A stretch of 64,000 bases of DNA from contig NC_043001.1 of the NCBI RefSeq assembly GCF_006345805.1, positions 73,842,001-73,906,000 on the forward strand, in the 5' to 3' direction. This stretch comes from Octopus sinensis. Taxonomy: Eukaryota. A program made the position numbers and the translations under genes. This document shows positions 63,610 to 64,000 of this stretch, in pieces (within the stretch, counting starts at the first letter, position 1; each line of letters opens with the position of its first letter). The notes below the pieces were generated by a model, which saw nothing but the letters and a program-made list of their open reading frames with translations, made no database searches and had not been told where the DNA came from.

Positions 63610-63975
63610 AGCATCAAACATTGTCTTTGTTGGACCAGCCATGTCACCAGGATGAACAATGAACAGCTTCCTCAAATCCACTTCAGCAAACTGGCAACTG
63701 GGAAAAGACAAAGAGGTGCTTCTCTTTGATGCTACAAAGATCAGCTAAAGTCATCTATGAAGCAGACCAGCTTCAAGCCCCCAGCTTTTGAGATGACCAT
63801 AGTGAACCATTCCAACTACTGACAAAACATTAACAATAATGTAACATTGTTTGAAAGAGTAAGAAAAGAGGAGAGACAACCGCAATGGAAGGTCTGACAG
63901 CAGCAACCAGGACTGACATGTGGCCAATGCAATCACATTCTGTTCGAAGGTTGACCCCATTAGCCACATTCACCA
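63610..63975 (+). mobile_element. RTE (BovB-like) LINE C-terminal relic
   Basis: HCLCWTSHVTRMNNEQLPQIHFSKLATGKRQRGASL*CYKDQLKSSMK, then a C2H2-like remnant TCGQCN. Confidence 0.7.
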
Positions 63976-64000
63976 TCAGCATTAATGGTCCAAATTTTCA

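Overview
AT-rich, microsatellite-dense eukaryotic genomic DNA. The SINE/LINE/mariner repertoire suggests a coleoid cephalopod, most likely Octopus (inference). The only host coding sequence I can support is two small plus-strand exons, 6558-6607 (50 nt) and 18326-18383 (58 nt). They splice in frame to (D)GAASKAGVQQGDKIIK-VNGTSALSLNHIEVVNLIK(S), the second half of the PDZ domain of an RGS-RhoGEF of the ARHGEF11/ARHGEF12/DRhoGEF2 family. The rest appears to be intron, with no further convincing exon in the last 45.6 kb. The introns hold several tRNA-derived SINE families, RTE and Tx1-like LINE relics, four Tc1/mariner relics, a young non-autonomous Helitron, a Helentron/HINE-like element, MITEs, a 29-bp minisatellite and many microsatellites. 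Nearly all other ORF-track entries are translations of microsatellites or repeats. I found no clearly new autonomous biological system. The best leads are: a ~0.95-kb element with a structured terminal hairpin and a 50-aa SH3-like ORF (22.1-23.0 kb); long fold-back repeats; a pre-miRNA-like hairpin at a mariner inversion breakpoint (48.46 kb); a micro-exon or recursive splice candidate (53.8 kb); and a SINE-free, CpG-retaining 5.8-kb region carrying a higher-order minisatellite rich in forkhead-core motifs. Repeat boundaries are approximate (about +/-20 bp) unless termini are quoted.
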